Part shown: positions 49,459 to 62,600 of the stretch, piece after piece | Layout of the letters: the number at the start of each line of letters is the position of its first letter | How positions within the stretch are numbered: the stretch's first letter is position 1 | From: Azolla caroliniana | Lineage: Eukaryota; Plantae; Polypodiophyta | Length of the DNA: 64,000 nucleotides | Assembly (NCBI GenBank): GCA_043228905.1 | Contig: JBHGNT010000001.1 | Coordinates: 10,292,001-10,356,000, forward strand | Reading direction: 5' to 3' | Made by a program: the position numbers and the translations under genes | The notes under the pieces: model-generated | What the model was told of the DNA's origin: nothing | The model's database searches: none | What the model saw: the letters and a program-made list of their open reading frames with translations, nothing else

Positions 49459-51108
49459 GTCTACTCTATTGTACAATTCTTAATTCTAAGGCTTTATAAT
49501 AAATAGAATTTGCCCATGTCTAAAGGCTCATGAAAACCTTATTTTAGAAGAAAAAGAGAGTGTACAATTTTGGCCTTTACTGATCAAGGCTTCTACATGA
49601 CATGATCTATATTCTATAACAATTCTCTAGCAAATTTGTATTGTATGTCGGTGGACACTAGTTTGTATTGTGAGATTGTTATAAAGTTGATATAATGTTG
49701 GTATTGAGTTACTAATGAGCAAAAACTCTATCCTTTTATCTTTAATAACTAGAAGCATGTGCTTGGCATGGCATCTTTAGAATATAAGACAGCTATTTTA
49801 TAAAATTTGATAGAAGGTAACTTCTCATCCGAAAAAAAGATACTATAATGTTCACAAAACTCTCTTGAAGCAAACTCAGTGCATGCATAATAGAAAATGT
49901 TCAACCATATTGCTGAAGAATTTTACAACCATTAGTAATATAATTGTCTTACATCATTGTTGGACAAAACAATATGGCAATTAGGGCAAATGGTTTTGAA
50001 AAGACCAAAATGACGCCAATATTAGGATACACAATGACATGAGCTTACAACGAAAGCACATCTATGATGCACATCCATACAACCTTAGACTTCCTACTAG
50101 AATTCCAATTATTGATGTGTCTGGATTCCAATTTCCTCTTTCCTTAAGTGGTAACCAAGGCTTCTATTCAATCTATTTTTACTCCAATGAAACACACATT
50201 ATGGGGAAGTGACTGAGGTTGTACCAATGATGCTTGACAGTGTCTTCGGATTCACAAATAAGCACATTCTTTAGATGAGATAAGAGGCAGATAGCAATCG
50301 TGGCTAACAAACCCTATTGTGAGTCATTTGTGGGATAGAGATGTGAACTTTAATAAGTTTTCATTAAAACCTGCTCACTGATTTTAATTGGCTATAAGTT
50401 GAAGGTGAGCATGCTTTTCATCCGTTTCCCTCTACAAGTACAGATGAACGCAGGAAATATCTTTCGATCGTTTTTCTCTACACTCAATCAACCAACATGA
50501 ACAGATAAAATATACTTTTAATTTATTGTTTCATATATCTTTGAAAAGCTGTATTTTTCATATATATTCATTAGTTCTACAACCTTAGAAGCCACCAATT
50601 TACTTGTTGGTAGTACCAATCGTGTTCAAAAATCAAATATGCAACATCGTCATTATATGAATAAGAAAACACTATTGCATATATTGCATTCAAACGTGGT
50701 ACTGAAAACCTGTAATAAATTATGACCGACATATCAAATGAGAATTCCTCTTCCTTCAGCTCTATCCTTGTGTACAGAATAGCAGATTTACAAAATATGC
50801 ATAAAGCAAGAAAATACCACTGACAAACACCTTCCTTACCTGATAGGCATCTGATTGCATCATATAGCATGTTATCTCTGCAGCACAAAACAATTCCCAG
50901 AAAAAAGCTTTGCAGATTTCGTTAATGAATATTCTAAGCACTCAAGGCAATAAACATATAATCATAGGTTTCAACTCAAAAGAGAAATACAGGCCATAGG
51001 ATTGTGAGTGATCCACTGTAGTGACTAGATGTCAATTCAGCGTTTTTCTTCTGTTGCATAATTTTCCTTACTATTTCTACAAGAGTTAGTGATGTTGAAA
51101 AAAAACAG

Positions 51109-53884
51109 TTATTTTTGGCAGAGAACGGTATTATGCTCATATTGAACTGCCAACGATATTTCGTCATCTTTAGAAGTCCCATGAAAGGCATGCATATCAA
51201 ACCATCCTCTTTCGATACAATGTCCATCTTCACTTGCATTAGATTGACCTTGGACATTCCCAATAAGGTCCTTTATGAGGCCTGATGCCACTTTCTCACT
51301 ACTGAGATCCATAGGTTCATGCATCAAATCCAAACCAACCAAATCCTTTGATTTTATATGTAGTCCATCTATATCATTGTTTCCCGATACATCTTCTTCA
51401 TGGCTTTGATTTGAATCATGGCACAAAACACCAGACTGTGATGGATCAGTTGCTTCACAAGGCAGAATAAAAGATGCAAAAGGAACACCATCAAAAGTTG
51501 CCGAGGCAAAGGGGTCAAACGTAGGGAAAGAAGAATTAACATTTCGATTCATAGGATGATGATGACGTAGGGGGAAAAACTCTTTTTCTTTACCAAAAAC
51601 ATCTGAAGTTGGTGGAGAAACATGGTGACCAAATGGACTACCGAGATACATATGTCCCGATATAGGTGTATAGCAAACTGGTGTATCACAAGGTGATGGC
51701 ATGGTCGATGTAGAAAGAGGAGATATGTTCTCTCTCCGAGAAGATTTAGTTTCAAGGGAAGAAGCAATATATTGTGCAAAAGGCACGTCAGGAGATGAGG
51801 GTGTGGTCAAGTGCGCAAGTTCAGGGGGAGGTGTAAAAGGGGCTGTGTTAGGCTCTGTTGTGAATGTAGAGAAAACTGGAGGAGAAACTAATTGTGTTTC
51901 ATGTGCATAAGGTCCAATCGTAAACATGGTGTTAACTGGACCTGGTGAGCACATACTTGTAGATGCAGTGTTCAATGATAAGGAAAAACTCGCTGGAGAT
52001 TGAACTGAAGAATTTATGAACGAAGCTGGTGATGAAGGGGGTGCAAGGCCAAGACCAGGTTGTGAAATTGGCCATGTCCCCACGGGTCCACTCACTCCTC
52101 CTCCTTCAGACCTTGTTGATGGTACTATTCTCCTCTCTCGCTTTGGAGACTTGAAACACCAATACCTGGCCCAATCCATTCTCCATCTCCTCTGAAATTA
52201 TATATACGAAATCCATGATAAGTTATAACACGATAAGCAATTGCCTCTTGTTGTTAAATCTAACTTTCATGGAAAAAAAGTTTATCTTGACCCTCTTGTT
52301 TGTTGCAGGTTATAAACATCACCTTGAAAAATGATTCTTCTACCCTTTATTATAATCTCATTCTGAATTTTCTAATCCATAAGCAAATTGTAAATTGCAA
52401 CTTGAAATCACCTGATATGACACTGATGATTACGCTTTTTTCTGTGGCATAAAGGAAAGTTTATCTCAATCCTCATGCTATTACTAAGCCAAATTTTAAT
52501 ATGGCAGAACATTTAATAGCTTATCTCCATTTGTATAACCATACCCTTGAACACATTAATTTCTATTTTTCTATTTTCTATTTTCTAATCACATAAGCAG
52601 AGTTATTAATATAATTGGAAATGCTATCATAAGAAACCCCCAAAAATAATAGATTATAGCCAGAATAAATCATAAGGAGCCCCACAGGATCAGTAAGTTT
52701 ACATAATTTGGTGCATTCATACCTTGTGAAACCTAAAGATTATAAAGCTTTGGGCTAACTTTTCCAATTTCTATGACGTTTAGTTTCTTTTGGGTGAAAG
52801 ATATGGTCTTAAAGTTCTTGTATAATTTATTCAAAAACTTTGTGCAAAAGATTCCAAAACCCTTGAAAGTGGCTGTCTACAAAGATTAATCAGTGGCTTT
52901 ATTTCAAGCAGGAGGAACCTATTGATAAGAAAATTCTCATCTTTGTGCTTCATGCTAATTTTCATGTAAAAATATAACAGCATATCTTAACCTTCTTCAT
53001 GCCATAACCACAGCCTTGAGCAAACGTCCACATTTCCATAACTGAAAACTGAATCTTTTTCACATAAAAACAACAGTATATGTCGACATAATAATTGTTG
53101 TGACATAATCCAGAATAAATGTTTCCCTTCCTAACTCGAATGCATTTCAAGCGGCAGGTTTACTCGCAAATATTTCCAGCTCTACCGTCACCATAAGTTG
53201 AACAAATAGTTTCCTTCACCAACTTAAAAATACATCATTTCAACGCCTTGCTAATTTCATGGTAAAATAGCAGTGTATCATTTCAAGACCCTCCAAAACT
53301 TCATGACAAATGACAGTTTCTGTAATTCAAGTTACTGGCAAGTTTCCATGGAAAGAAAAGCTGTAAAATAAATTGTTTCAAACAGATATTTGTATTTTAA
53401 TCACTAATAGCTCTCTCTCTCTAAAACATTAAAAGGTTTAATTTTCTTGAAAATTCATACATATTCGTATGAAAACCCACCTTTTTGTGGTTATTGCTAA
53501 TTTTCATGGTAAAAAAACATTATTTAGAGAAATTTTTATCCTTCCTAACTAAAAAAATCCACCATTTCAAGCGGCATTTTTGAATCGCTATAGTTTCCAT
53601 ACCTAGAATAACCATGGCCATAACACATGCTTTCCATCTACAGCTCATAAAGTTACCATTTCAAGCAGCATTTTGAATGTTAAGGTTTCAATTTCTACTA
53701 AAAGGACTTTTCCTCCAGATCGGAGCTAATAAACAGGAATCCAAGAAGGAAATGCATAAAAAAAAAACTGTTACAGTTTAATGGAGTTACATACCTGTTC
53801 AGGAGGTTCATAGAGATGTTCTGCGGAAGAAGAGATAGCTTCACTGATGGCTACAGCAGCATCACTCCTCGATTGAGTGGCCAT
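51109..53884 (-). CDS. Pro/Ser-rich protein of the At1g76660/At5g52430-like ('hydroxyproline-rich glycoprotein-like') family, 2 exons
   Basis: Exons 53884-53795 and 52191-51109 join in phase 0. Motifs: YWCF.S.K..RRIVP, LAPPSSPASF, FTIGPYAHETQLVSPPVFSTFTTEP.TAPFTPPPE..HLTTPSSPDVPFA. Confidence 0.88.
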
Positions 53885-54450
53885 AGCAACGCATTTCCTT
53901 TCGTTATCTCCCGCTGATTTCCTCAGGAAGAAGAAGACGTCCTTTCGTTTCTGAACATTTCGTTTTCTGTTACCTGACAGATTGTAAGCATTTGGGGGTC
54001 AGTGAAGGGATTGGCTGGGGGGGAGGGGGAAGGAAATCCGTGACCTGTTAAGGACAGAGGAGGAGGAGGAGGAGGAGGAGGGAGGGGGGTTGAAAGATTG
54101 CTAGGGTTTGGAGGACAGGAGGAGGTTCGCCATAGCCAAGGGGGGAAGAGGAGACACAGAGGAGATTGGGCGGAGACTGTGTGTATTAGTAGGAGACGGA
54201 GTCTGTGTGTTCACATTGAAGGCAGAGCAGAGCAGAGAAAATAAAAAAAGCAAGCAAAAAATACTCTCTGTTTCTCTCGTTTTACTCTTAACATATTTCT
54301 CTATTCTTCATCAATACTATCCTTTTATATTCCTTTGTTTTTGTATCTTCCTTCTACTATCATGAGTATTTTGATTCTTATTAATAAATCTCGATATTTA
54401 TGCATGCTTGCAATCATATGAATTGTATGTTATCGATCAAATGTGTGAAT

Positions 54451-54739
54451 TCATGTATGTGTGTGTATGTATGTATGTATGTTGTATGTATGTATGTATG
54501 TATGTATTTGTATGTATGTATGTATGTATGTATGTATTGGTATGTATGTATGTATGTATGTATAATGTAATGTAATGTATGTAACATGCATCTGATCATG
54601 TATGTATGTATGTATGTATGTATGTATGTATTTGTATGTATGTATGTATGTATGTATGTATTGGTATGTATGTATGTATTGGTATGTATGTATGTATGTA
54701 TGTATAATGTAATGTAATGTATGTAACATGCATCTGATC
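54451..54739. repeat. (TATG)n microsatellite block duplicated as a ~145-bp unit
   Basis: Both units end in TATAATGTAATGTAATGTATGTAACATGCATCTGATC (~54560-54597 and ~54703-54739). Confidence 0.92.
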
Positions 54740-56866
54740 TCTACTCGTTTTGCTTGTGAGATGCATCATCCGCTTGTACTCGACTTCATGCCTACTTGAA
54801 GTGTAGAATTTAATGACAATTAACTAAATAACACATGCATGCTTCAATGATCAGACTAGAGTAAAGAACTACGCGAGACTTGCCGAACTGCGTGAAATTC
54901 TCGAAATTTGATTCTGCTACTCCAAACAATCAGATGGTGCTTTTAGAAGCTATCCTATGGGGTGGGTTTACTTTCGGTCATGCAACCTTTTATCTGTTCT
55001 TTGTCTTAGATCAAAATCAAAATCTAACATGGTGCAATAACATCCTTTAGAAACATTTTTGCATGTATGTTAGTATGTATATGTACATATGCACGTGTAT
55101 GTATGTGTCTGTAGTATGATGCTTTTGCTCTCCCATTCACTTAGTTATACATATATAACATGCTTTTGTTTAAGTTGGACTTAATGGCTATACCAAATTA
55201 TAGGGTGTTGTGTTACAAAACCACTAGCCACTTGGAAACAAGGGTGACAACACATATATCCAACATTTGATGGTCAACAACAACAAAGAAACAACACCAC
55301 CAAACACAACACTACATTCAACGTGCTGTAGAGCATTGATATGATGCAATGTGATTATTTTTCATAGTGAAAATTAAGTATCTCTAGATCATCTTGATTT
55401 TTCTTACGAATGTAACCATGCAACGATTCCTATCATATTTCCTCATTCTTCTCTTGATATTCTTAATAACCATTTGTATCAACTAATAGCTCCTTACATT
55501 TTCTATATTTTACAACACACATTCCTTATTCAACATTTCACATGGATGTAAGTTTTGATCCCATAAGGTAACTTGGGCATTTGGAAGATAGCAATATAAC
55601 ATTTTGTTTGTCCTCTTGCTCCATATAATGATTTCTCTAATGTCCATGTAATCATTTTTTTCATTTATTGATTTATTCTTTTTGTCTCCTTTTCTATTTG
55701 ATTATTAATATCAAGTTACAAGTATACATTTGTTCCTTTTCCCTCCTCTACTGGTAATGATTTATATCACTTATTCATTGTTAGGTCTCTCAATGTCATC
55801 TATGAAGCATCTGTTTCATCTTTGTAATTACTCATGGTTCTATTTCTTTCTTTCATTGATGTCTCCCTTACCAATTCTTGGGAACCTTGATTCATTACTT
55901 CATATTATATTATGAAATTCTCCCACTCTCTCTTGATGCTACTTCCCATTTGCTATAAAAGGAAGGACATTAAAATAGGGGCATTGTATTTTTATTAACA
56001 AAAAAGATTCAAAATGGAGATTGTAATATATTACTGAAAATATATCTATAAAACTGATTTCTTTCTAAATCTTATTATTATCCATTAGTTTGAAATGCAA
56101 GGGGCTAGAGGAAAGAACTCTCGAAGAACCTTCACACTTGCTTGACTCCTTGCTATCAATTAAAGCAACACAAGCAAGTGTGAAAGTGAGCTTAGGAAAT
56201 GTTACGGATCATGCCAACAATGAGAAAAGGAATAAGAGATTAAGGAGAATAATAGATTAAGGGTACTTAACCACGTCGATCACCCTCGAGCAAAGGACTT
56301 GAGACAAACAGAAATACCAAAGATGTCCCATATCACTTAATATTTACCATATTGGATGCTGAATAATATATTCGAAGGACAAAGATGAGTTGATCCTCAC
56401 CAATAGAGTCTCAAAAACATTTGAAGATGTTGTATAGTCCACTTTATGTAGCTCAACACCTAAGTCTCCCAAATCACTACATGTTTTCACATGTCATAGG
56501 TTCATATGTGTTTGTCTCACTTCCTAGGATAATCGATTCCCCAAGTATCCTATCCTTAACCCATTAAAACTAGCAATAGAATTGGTTCGCAAGTTGATGC
56601 CTATAACAGTAAATGATAAGTATGCATGAAAATTGTTTCATGAGGCAAAGTGACAAAGGTTGATTGAATACTTGTTGAGAATCAAACTCAACTTCCCATA
56701 GAGCAGTGTTCACACGAGTCAATGGACATCACACTAGGCTAGTTTTGTAATTAGTAGAAAGGGCACTTGCACTAGATCAGTTGGTATTTAAACCAACCTT
56801 TTGTAACTTAGTTACTGTTGGATGTAATATACAATTTTCTTATTTAGAACTCTCTCTCTCTCTATG

Positions 56867-57072
56867 TGTTAGTAGCACAGAAGAAATGGTTGGACCTGGG
56901 CCAAACTATCCGGATGGACTGATGTGGCCAAATTGTCCCAAAAGGATGGATGTGGCTGAACATTTCGTAATGGTTATTTTATTTTATTTTATACTTTCGA
57001 TGAATGGGTAAATATCCCATTTTTTGTTGTAAACCATTTGTCTCATGGGCCAATTTTGGCCTTAGAAGACGT

Positions 57073-57109
<37 letters not shown>

Positions 57110-57510
57110 TGGCATCACATGCACACACACTCACACACAAAGCTCACTTCCGTTGCATAACACCATCTACGCCTCTCATTCTTCACATGGTATCAAAGTG
57201 TGTGGTTATCTGATCAAACTTAATTGACTGTGTCATGCTACACATCGACGATCAACATAACCGGTTAAAAAATAGAGAAGAAATCATCATGAATACTTAG
57301 ATGAGAAGTGCTCTTCCTACGGAGAAGCTCGATAGGAAAAACTTCACATCTTGGGAGTACAAGATGCATTAGTACCTTGTCAAACAAGGTTACTGGAGCT
57401 ACATCGAGGGAGCTCACGAAACGCAACCCAACCCAACATGGGAGCAGGCCGCGAGCTGTGTGTTGTACTGCCTTGCGTCATGCGTTCATGACCACATGCT
57501 CAGTTATATT
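56867..57510 (+). mobile_element. Truncated Ty1/copia: probable 5' LTR (~56867-57187), PBS and decayed gag N-terminus
   Basis: ...CACA followed by TGGTATCAAAG (57188-57198). Gag-like EKLDRKNFTSWEYKMH*YLVKQGYWSYIEGA with stops, cut at 57510 by a gypsy LTR. The LTR left edge is tentative. Confidence 0.75.
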
Positions 57511-59646
57511 TGATGGTTAGATGCTCTACTCCCAATCGGATGAGGGAAGAGGATTCGGCCGTGGGAGTAGAGGTCTATTAGAGTGATGATCTAATGTAAG
57601 CATATGATAAGGATATAAGATATATGAAATAAGAAAGGAGAGAGCGAAAGAAGGGTGCTAATCCACCCGACCACCCCCGAGCGAAGGGATTGAGACGGAC
57701 TTGAGCCTCGATCGGTGTCCCATACCACTGCCGTGGCGTCGAGTTGTACCTAGTGATGGTGCTCTCGCTACAAGAGTTGACCCACCACGAAATAGAGTCT
57801 TGACGTAGTCCAGAGATCATGAAATGGGGGTAGCTAGGCCTCATATTTATAGTGAGACCCAAGGCCTCCAACCAAGTTCACACTTGGCCTAATGGATTGT
57901 CTCAATCCCGAGGATTAAAAGTAATCCTCCCCTTCTTTACACTCTCGTTTAACCCTCACATTTATCCACGTGTATAGAATACTACGGTAAATTCACGGGA
58001 TATTATATGGTCATGCCCATAACATACTCTTTAAAACATTGCACTCTTGTAATGGAAAGTTAGGGAAGTTAGTTCTAAGAGTATTTTCGTGTTCCCATGT
58101 GGCTTCTTTAATAGATTTATCCATCCATTCCATTTTAGTTAGTCTATCAACCACAACCCAGATGGCATCATGGCCTTTTTGGGTACGAGGAAGGCTAACA
58201 ATAAAATCTATGGATATACTTTCCCACTTATTATTGGGAATGTCCAAGGAATGTAAAAGTCTTGCGGCTTTAAGTCGCACAACTTTGTTAACTTGATATT
58301 GGTGACATTTAGTCACATAACTATGTATGTCAGGACACATTGTAGGCCAATAGAATTTAGTGGAGATGAGAACGAGTGTACGATGTATTCTAGGGTGCCA
58401 TGCTGAGGTTGCATCATGGCATTAAAAAAGAATTCTCTTTTTGACCTCAGGCAAATTTGGAACACAAACCTTCCCATTACGGTAGAGCAGACCGTTAACA
58501 ATGTGGAAGGATTCCTTCGAGGATGTGGTGGTGTCTGTTCCAGACTCAACTCTTGCCCAGTATTTCGCAAAATAATTGTCATCAGGATACTTTCCTCAAA
58601 GGTGATCATAAAGATCTGATGTTATTTCAATGAAGCTAAGCATGTTAACTTCACGGATGCGACTTAGTGCATCATCGACATTGTTCATGGAACCTTTACG
58701 ATATCGTATGGAAAAATCAAAGTCTTGGATGAGATAAGCCCATCGTGCCTTACAACCTTTCGGGTTTTGTTGGTCACATAAATATTTCAAGGACTCGTGG
58801 TCTGTAGTTACCACAAAATGATTTCCATAAAGATAATGACGCCATGTTTTGAGTGCATGTATAACTGCAAATAATTCCTTTTCTTAAACGGTATACCGAG
58901 ATTGAGCAGAATCAAGTTTCTTACTCTCAAATGCTATTGGCTTACCATCTTGATATAAGGCAACACCTATAACATAATTGCTTGCATCGGTTTCAACCTC
59001 AAAAGGTTTTGAGGGATCAGGTAAAAGAAGCGAAGGAGCCTTGCACACAGGTCCTTTGAGTTCCTTAAAGGGGAGGTCTAGTGTAGCATTCCACACAATA
59101 GGTTTTGTAGACTTTTAGAAGGATCAATACGTTTGACCTTTTAGAAGATCAGTAAACGGTGTCGTCAATTAGGAGTAATTATGAAGGGATTTGCGCAAAA
59201 ACCCGACAAAACCAAGGAATGATCGAACTTCTCGAATATTCCAAAGAGTGGGCCAAAGTTTGATTTTCTCGATGCGAGAAGGATCAATTTCAACTCGTTC
59301 GGTTATGAGATGTCCAAGATAAGTAATTGATTTCTTGAAGAACTCGCATTTTGAGATCTTCGCATAGAATTGCTTGTCTTGCAATGTTTGCTACAAAGCG
59401 GACATGTTTAGCACGTCCTTCGAATGTACGACTATAAACTAGAATATCATCCAAGAAAATAACGACAAATTTTCCAAGTTGTTCTCAGAAAATGTCATTC
59501 ATTTCTTGTTGAAATGTGGCCGACGCATTGGTCAAACTAAAAGGCATAACCAAAAACTCATAATGGCCATAGCGCATACGAAATGTCGTTTTAGGAACAT
59601 CGTCCTCACTAATACGAATTTGATGGTAGCCCGTACGGAGATCAAC
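57511..59646 (-). mobile_element. Degenerate Ty3/gypsy chromovirus A: 3' LTR (~57511-58024) plus chromodomain/IN/RNase H/RT remnants
   Basis: Motifs [53 protein letters not shown] and EATWE, with stops, frameshifts and deletions. The LTR is bounded TG...CA. Confidence 0.85.
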
Positions 59647-62600
59647 TGTAAGGAATAGTACTAAAACAGAGAGAGAATTAGTACTAAAGAAGAGAAGTAC
59701 TATTAGTATTAAGAGGATGGGACTGCGTAAGATTCCTGAGAGAGAAAGAGGGAAGAGGAGAGAGAGATAGTGAGGATGAGAGAGAGAGAGATGATGATAA
59801 CAGCTAATATATTATGTGAAGGATAAGTACAAAGTGGCTAAGAGGCTTAAGACTGGCGTTGAACCAATTTGGTTCAAAACAATGCTTTGTGCCTCCTTTT
59901 ATAGTGCTCTTAGGAGTAGTCCTTAAGCTTCTAGAATGTTCCAGAGAAATCTGGAATATGTATTAATTTCTTATTATAAAGCATAAATGAAAATAATATC
60001 CTATAAATTACAATAGATGGTGTGATGGTTAAGAGCTCGACCCATATACCATAAGGTCATGGGTTCGAGTCTTGCCATATCATGACACTATCCCGCCCTT
60101 AAGACGACGAGTGGAACGAGTCGACGCTGATTGAGGACCGGGTTTGTTGGGATACTATCGGTGAAAATCAGCAAGAAGATCCTGAGCATTGGCGACATGC
60201 TCAACGGGTTCCCAAGTACGTTCGCTCGGACTATAACCGAGCCAATCGACCAAATAATAAAGTTTGTTGCGAACAAATTTGGAGTCGAGGATGGCAACAA
60301 CTTCATACTCCGGGCCGACGTCGAACTCAAGCGGGGGCGGTGGCGGTGTAACACGATCGGGAATAGTGTTTGCTTTATAAGGTTCAAGAAGAGAACTATG
60401 GAAGACCGGATGTATCCGAAGATGCGGAGGAAGATCAAGGCGGAACATGACATCATTAACCTTACCGGTAATACAGAAAGGACCGAGTCGTCGATAATCC
60501 AACTTGTCGCACGGTCGAGTAGTCTTGATGTGACGACGTAAAAGCCATACTCGATCTCCGATGGCAAAAGAGGAGGGAAGCCGATGGCGATCCACATAAG
60601 TCTTCTGTGTCTGTTGAGCATGACGAAGATGAGTAGAGAGATCCATCTGGATCTTGCGTAGTCTCTCCAAATGATCATCGGCACGAGGATTGGTAGGTAG
60701 CTCTAGGGTGTCGATCATCGACCAACGAGGATGAGAACCGGTATAAGCATAGAATGGGGAGACTCAGGTCAAGGAGTGAACAACATTATTATACGCAAAC
60801 TCCGCAAAGTGGAGAATCTCGGCCCAATCGTCTTGTTGATAACTCAGGAAACACCGGAGATATTGCTCTAGCGTTTGGTTTGTTCGTTCCGCCTACCCAT
60901 CGGTCTGAGGATGGTAGCCGGAGGAGAGGTTGCAAGAGACCTTGAGCATCTCTTCAGGAGGAGAGGTTGCAAGAGACCTTGAGCATCTTGAAGAGATGCT
61001 GCCAAAATTTGGAGACGAATTGCAAAATTTGGCACTTGGTCGAGTAGTTTTCACATTATGACGCAATAACTAGACACGATTACCAACTTTAAACTTAGGG
61101 TCTTCAAGTGAAGAATCTAAGCGATGTTTATCCGCCACCTTCTTGTACTTGGCTTAAGCATGAAGCAAATTGTGAGAAAGGTTGGTTTGAATTTCTTTGA
61201 GTTTTTCTAGATGATCTTTGACCGTGGGATTTTTTGAGACTTTTGGACATTCGAGCATCATCCTTCGAGGATGATATCCTGTGTTTGCAAAGAACGGAGT
61301 GAATCCTGTAGAAGAATGGATTGAATTATTGTAAGCAAATTCTGCCATATGTAAGAAATCCATCCAATCATCTTGTTGATAGTTGATAAAGCAATGGAGA
61401 TATTGTTCTAATGTTCGATTTGTGCGTTCCGTTTTCCCATTGGTTTGAGGATGGTAGCTTGAAGATAGTTTACGAGAAATTCCAAGGCTCTCAAGTAAGT
61501 GTGTCCAAAACTTTGCAATAAATTGTGGTCCACGATCACTAATGATTTCATTTGGAAGGCCATGGTGCTTGAAAACTTCTCGCATAACAAGACTTGTCAA
61601 TTCTTGACTAGTAAAAGTTTTTCTACATGGAATGGTTCAACACTAAGCAAATCTTCGACTTATATACTGTACATCAGAATGTGCATGATATAGATGTCCA
61701 TGGCCGCAAAGGCCAAGGAACATTAGGACGTCGCCCACGCCGAAATCAAGGAACTTTGTGTAACCCTCCAACAAGCCCAACACCGAGAAGTCGAGTTGCT
61801 CACACAATTCGACACAACCCTGAAGGAGAAGGTAGACGGATACACTTGCACACTTCAAGAAAAAGAGGAGCAGGCTGCAGCAGCGGTGCAAGCAATAAAA
61901 GATGAATCAGTTGCCATGATGCAGCAACAAAAAGAATCCTTCCACAAAGTACTCCTCAACCAGAATGAAGAACTCATTGAACTACAACACAAGCACAAGG
62001 AACTGCAGCGAGACTTCAACCGGAAGCACCAATTAATGTGCAAGATGGATAGTCGGTTGCATGTGTTAGAAGAATCCCTCCGGTATCACGCAAAAATATC
62101 CAGACAAAAACTAGAGCAGTGCAAGCCGGAGGTCGAGGAAGAGAAATCCAGGCTCGTTCGCAAATACGAGTAGGACATGGAGTTGTTCCAGAAAAAGCTC
62201 GATGGGGTCATCTCCTTGTACAACATCGCCAAAGCAAAGCTTGAATTCGAGTCCTAGACCGCCACAAGCAAATTGCAAGTGTTGCGAGCCAAATATCAGA
62301 TGGGCAAAACCCGAGTCGTCGATAATCCAACTTGTCGCACAGTCGAGTAGTCTTGATGTGATGACGTAAAAGCCATACTCGATCTCCGATGGCAAAAGAG
62401 GAGGGAAGCCGATGACGATCCGCGTAAGTCTTCTGTGTCTGTTGAGCATGACGAAGATGAGTAGAGAGATCCATCTAGATCTTGCGTAGTCTCTCCAAAT
62501 GATCCTCGGCACGAGGATTGGTAGGTAGCTCTAGGGTGTCGATCATCGACCAACGAGGATGAGAACCGGTATAAGCATAGAATGGGGAGACTCAGGTCGA

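Noticed and set aside
60011-60082. Functional tRNA gene
   Set aside because: Acceptor, D and anticodon stems do not pair and there is no oligo-T terminator. Kept only as a tRNA-derived promoter-like module.
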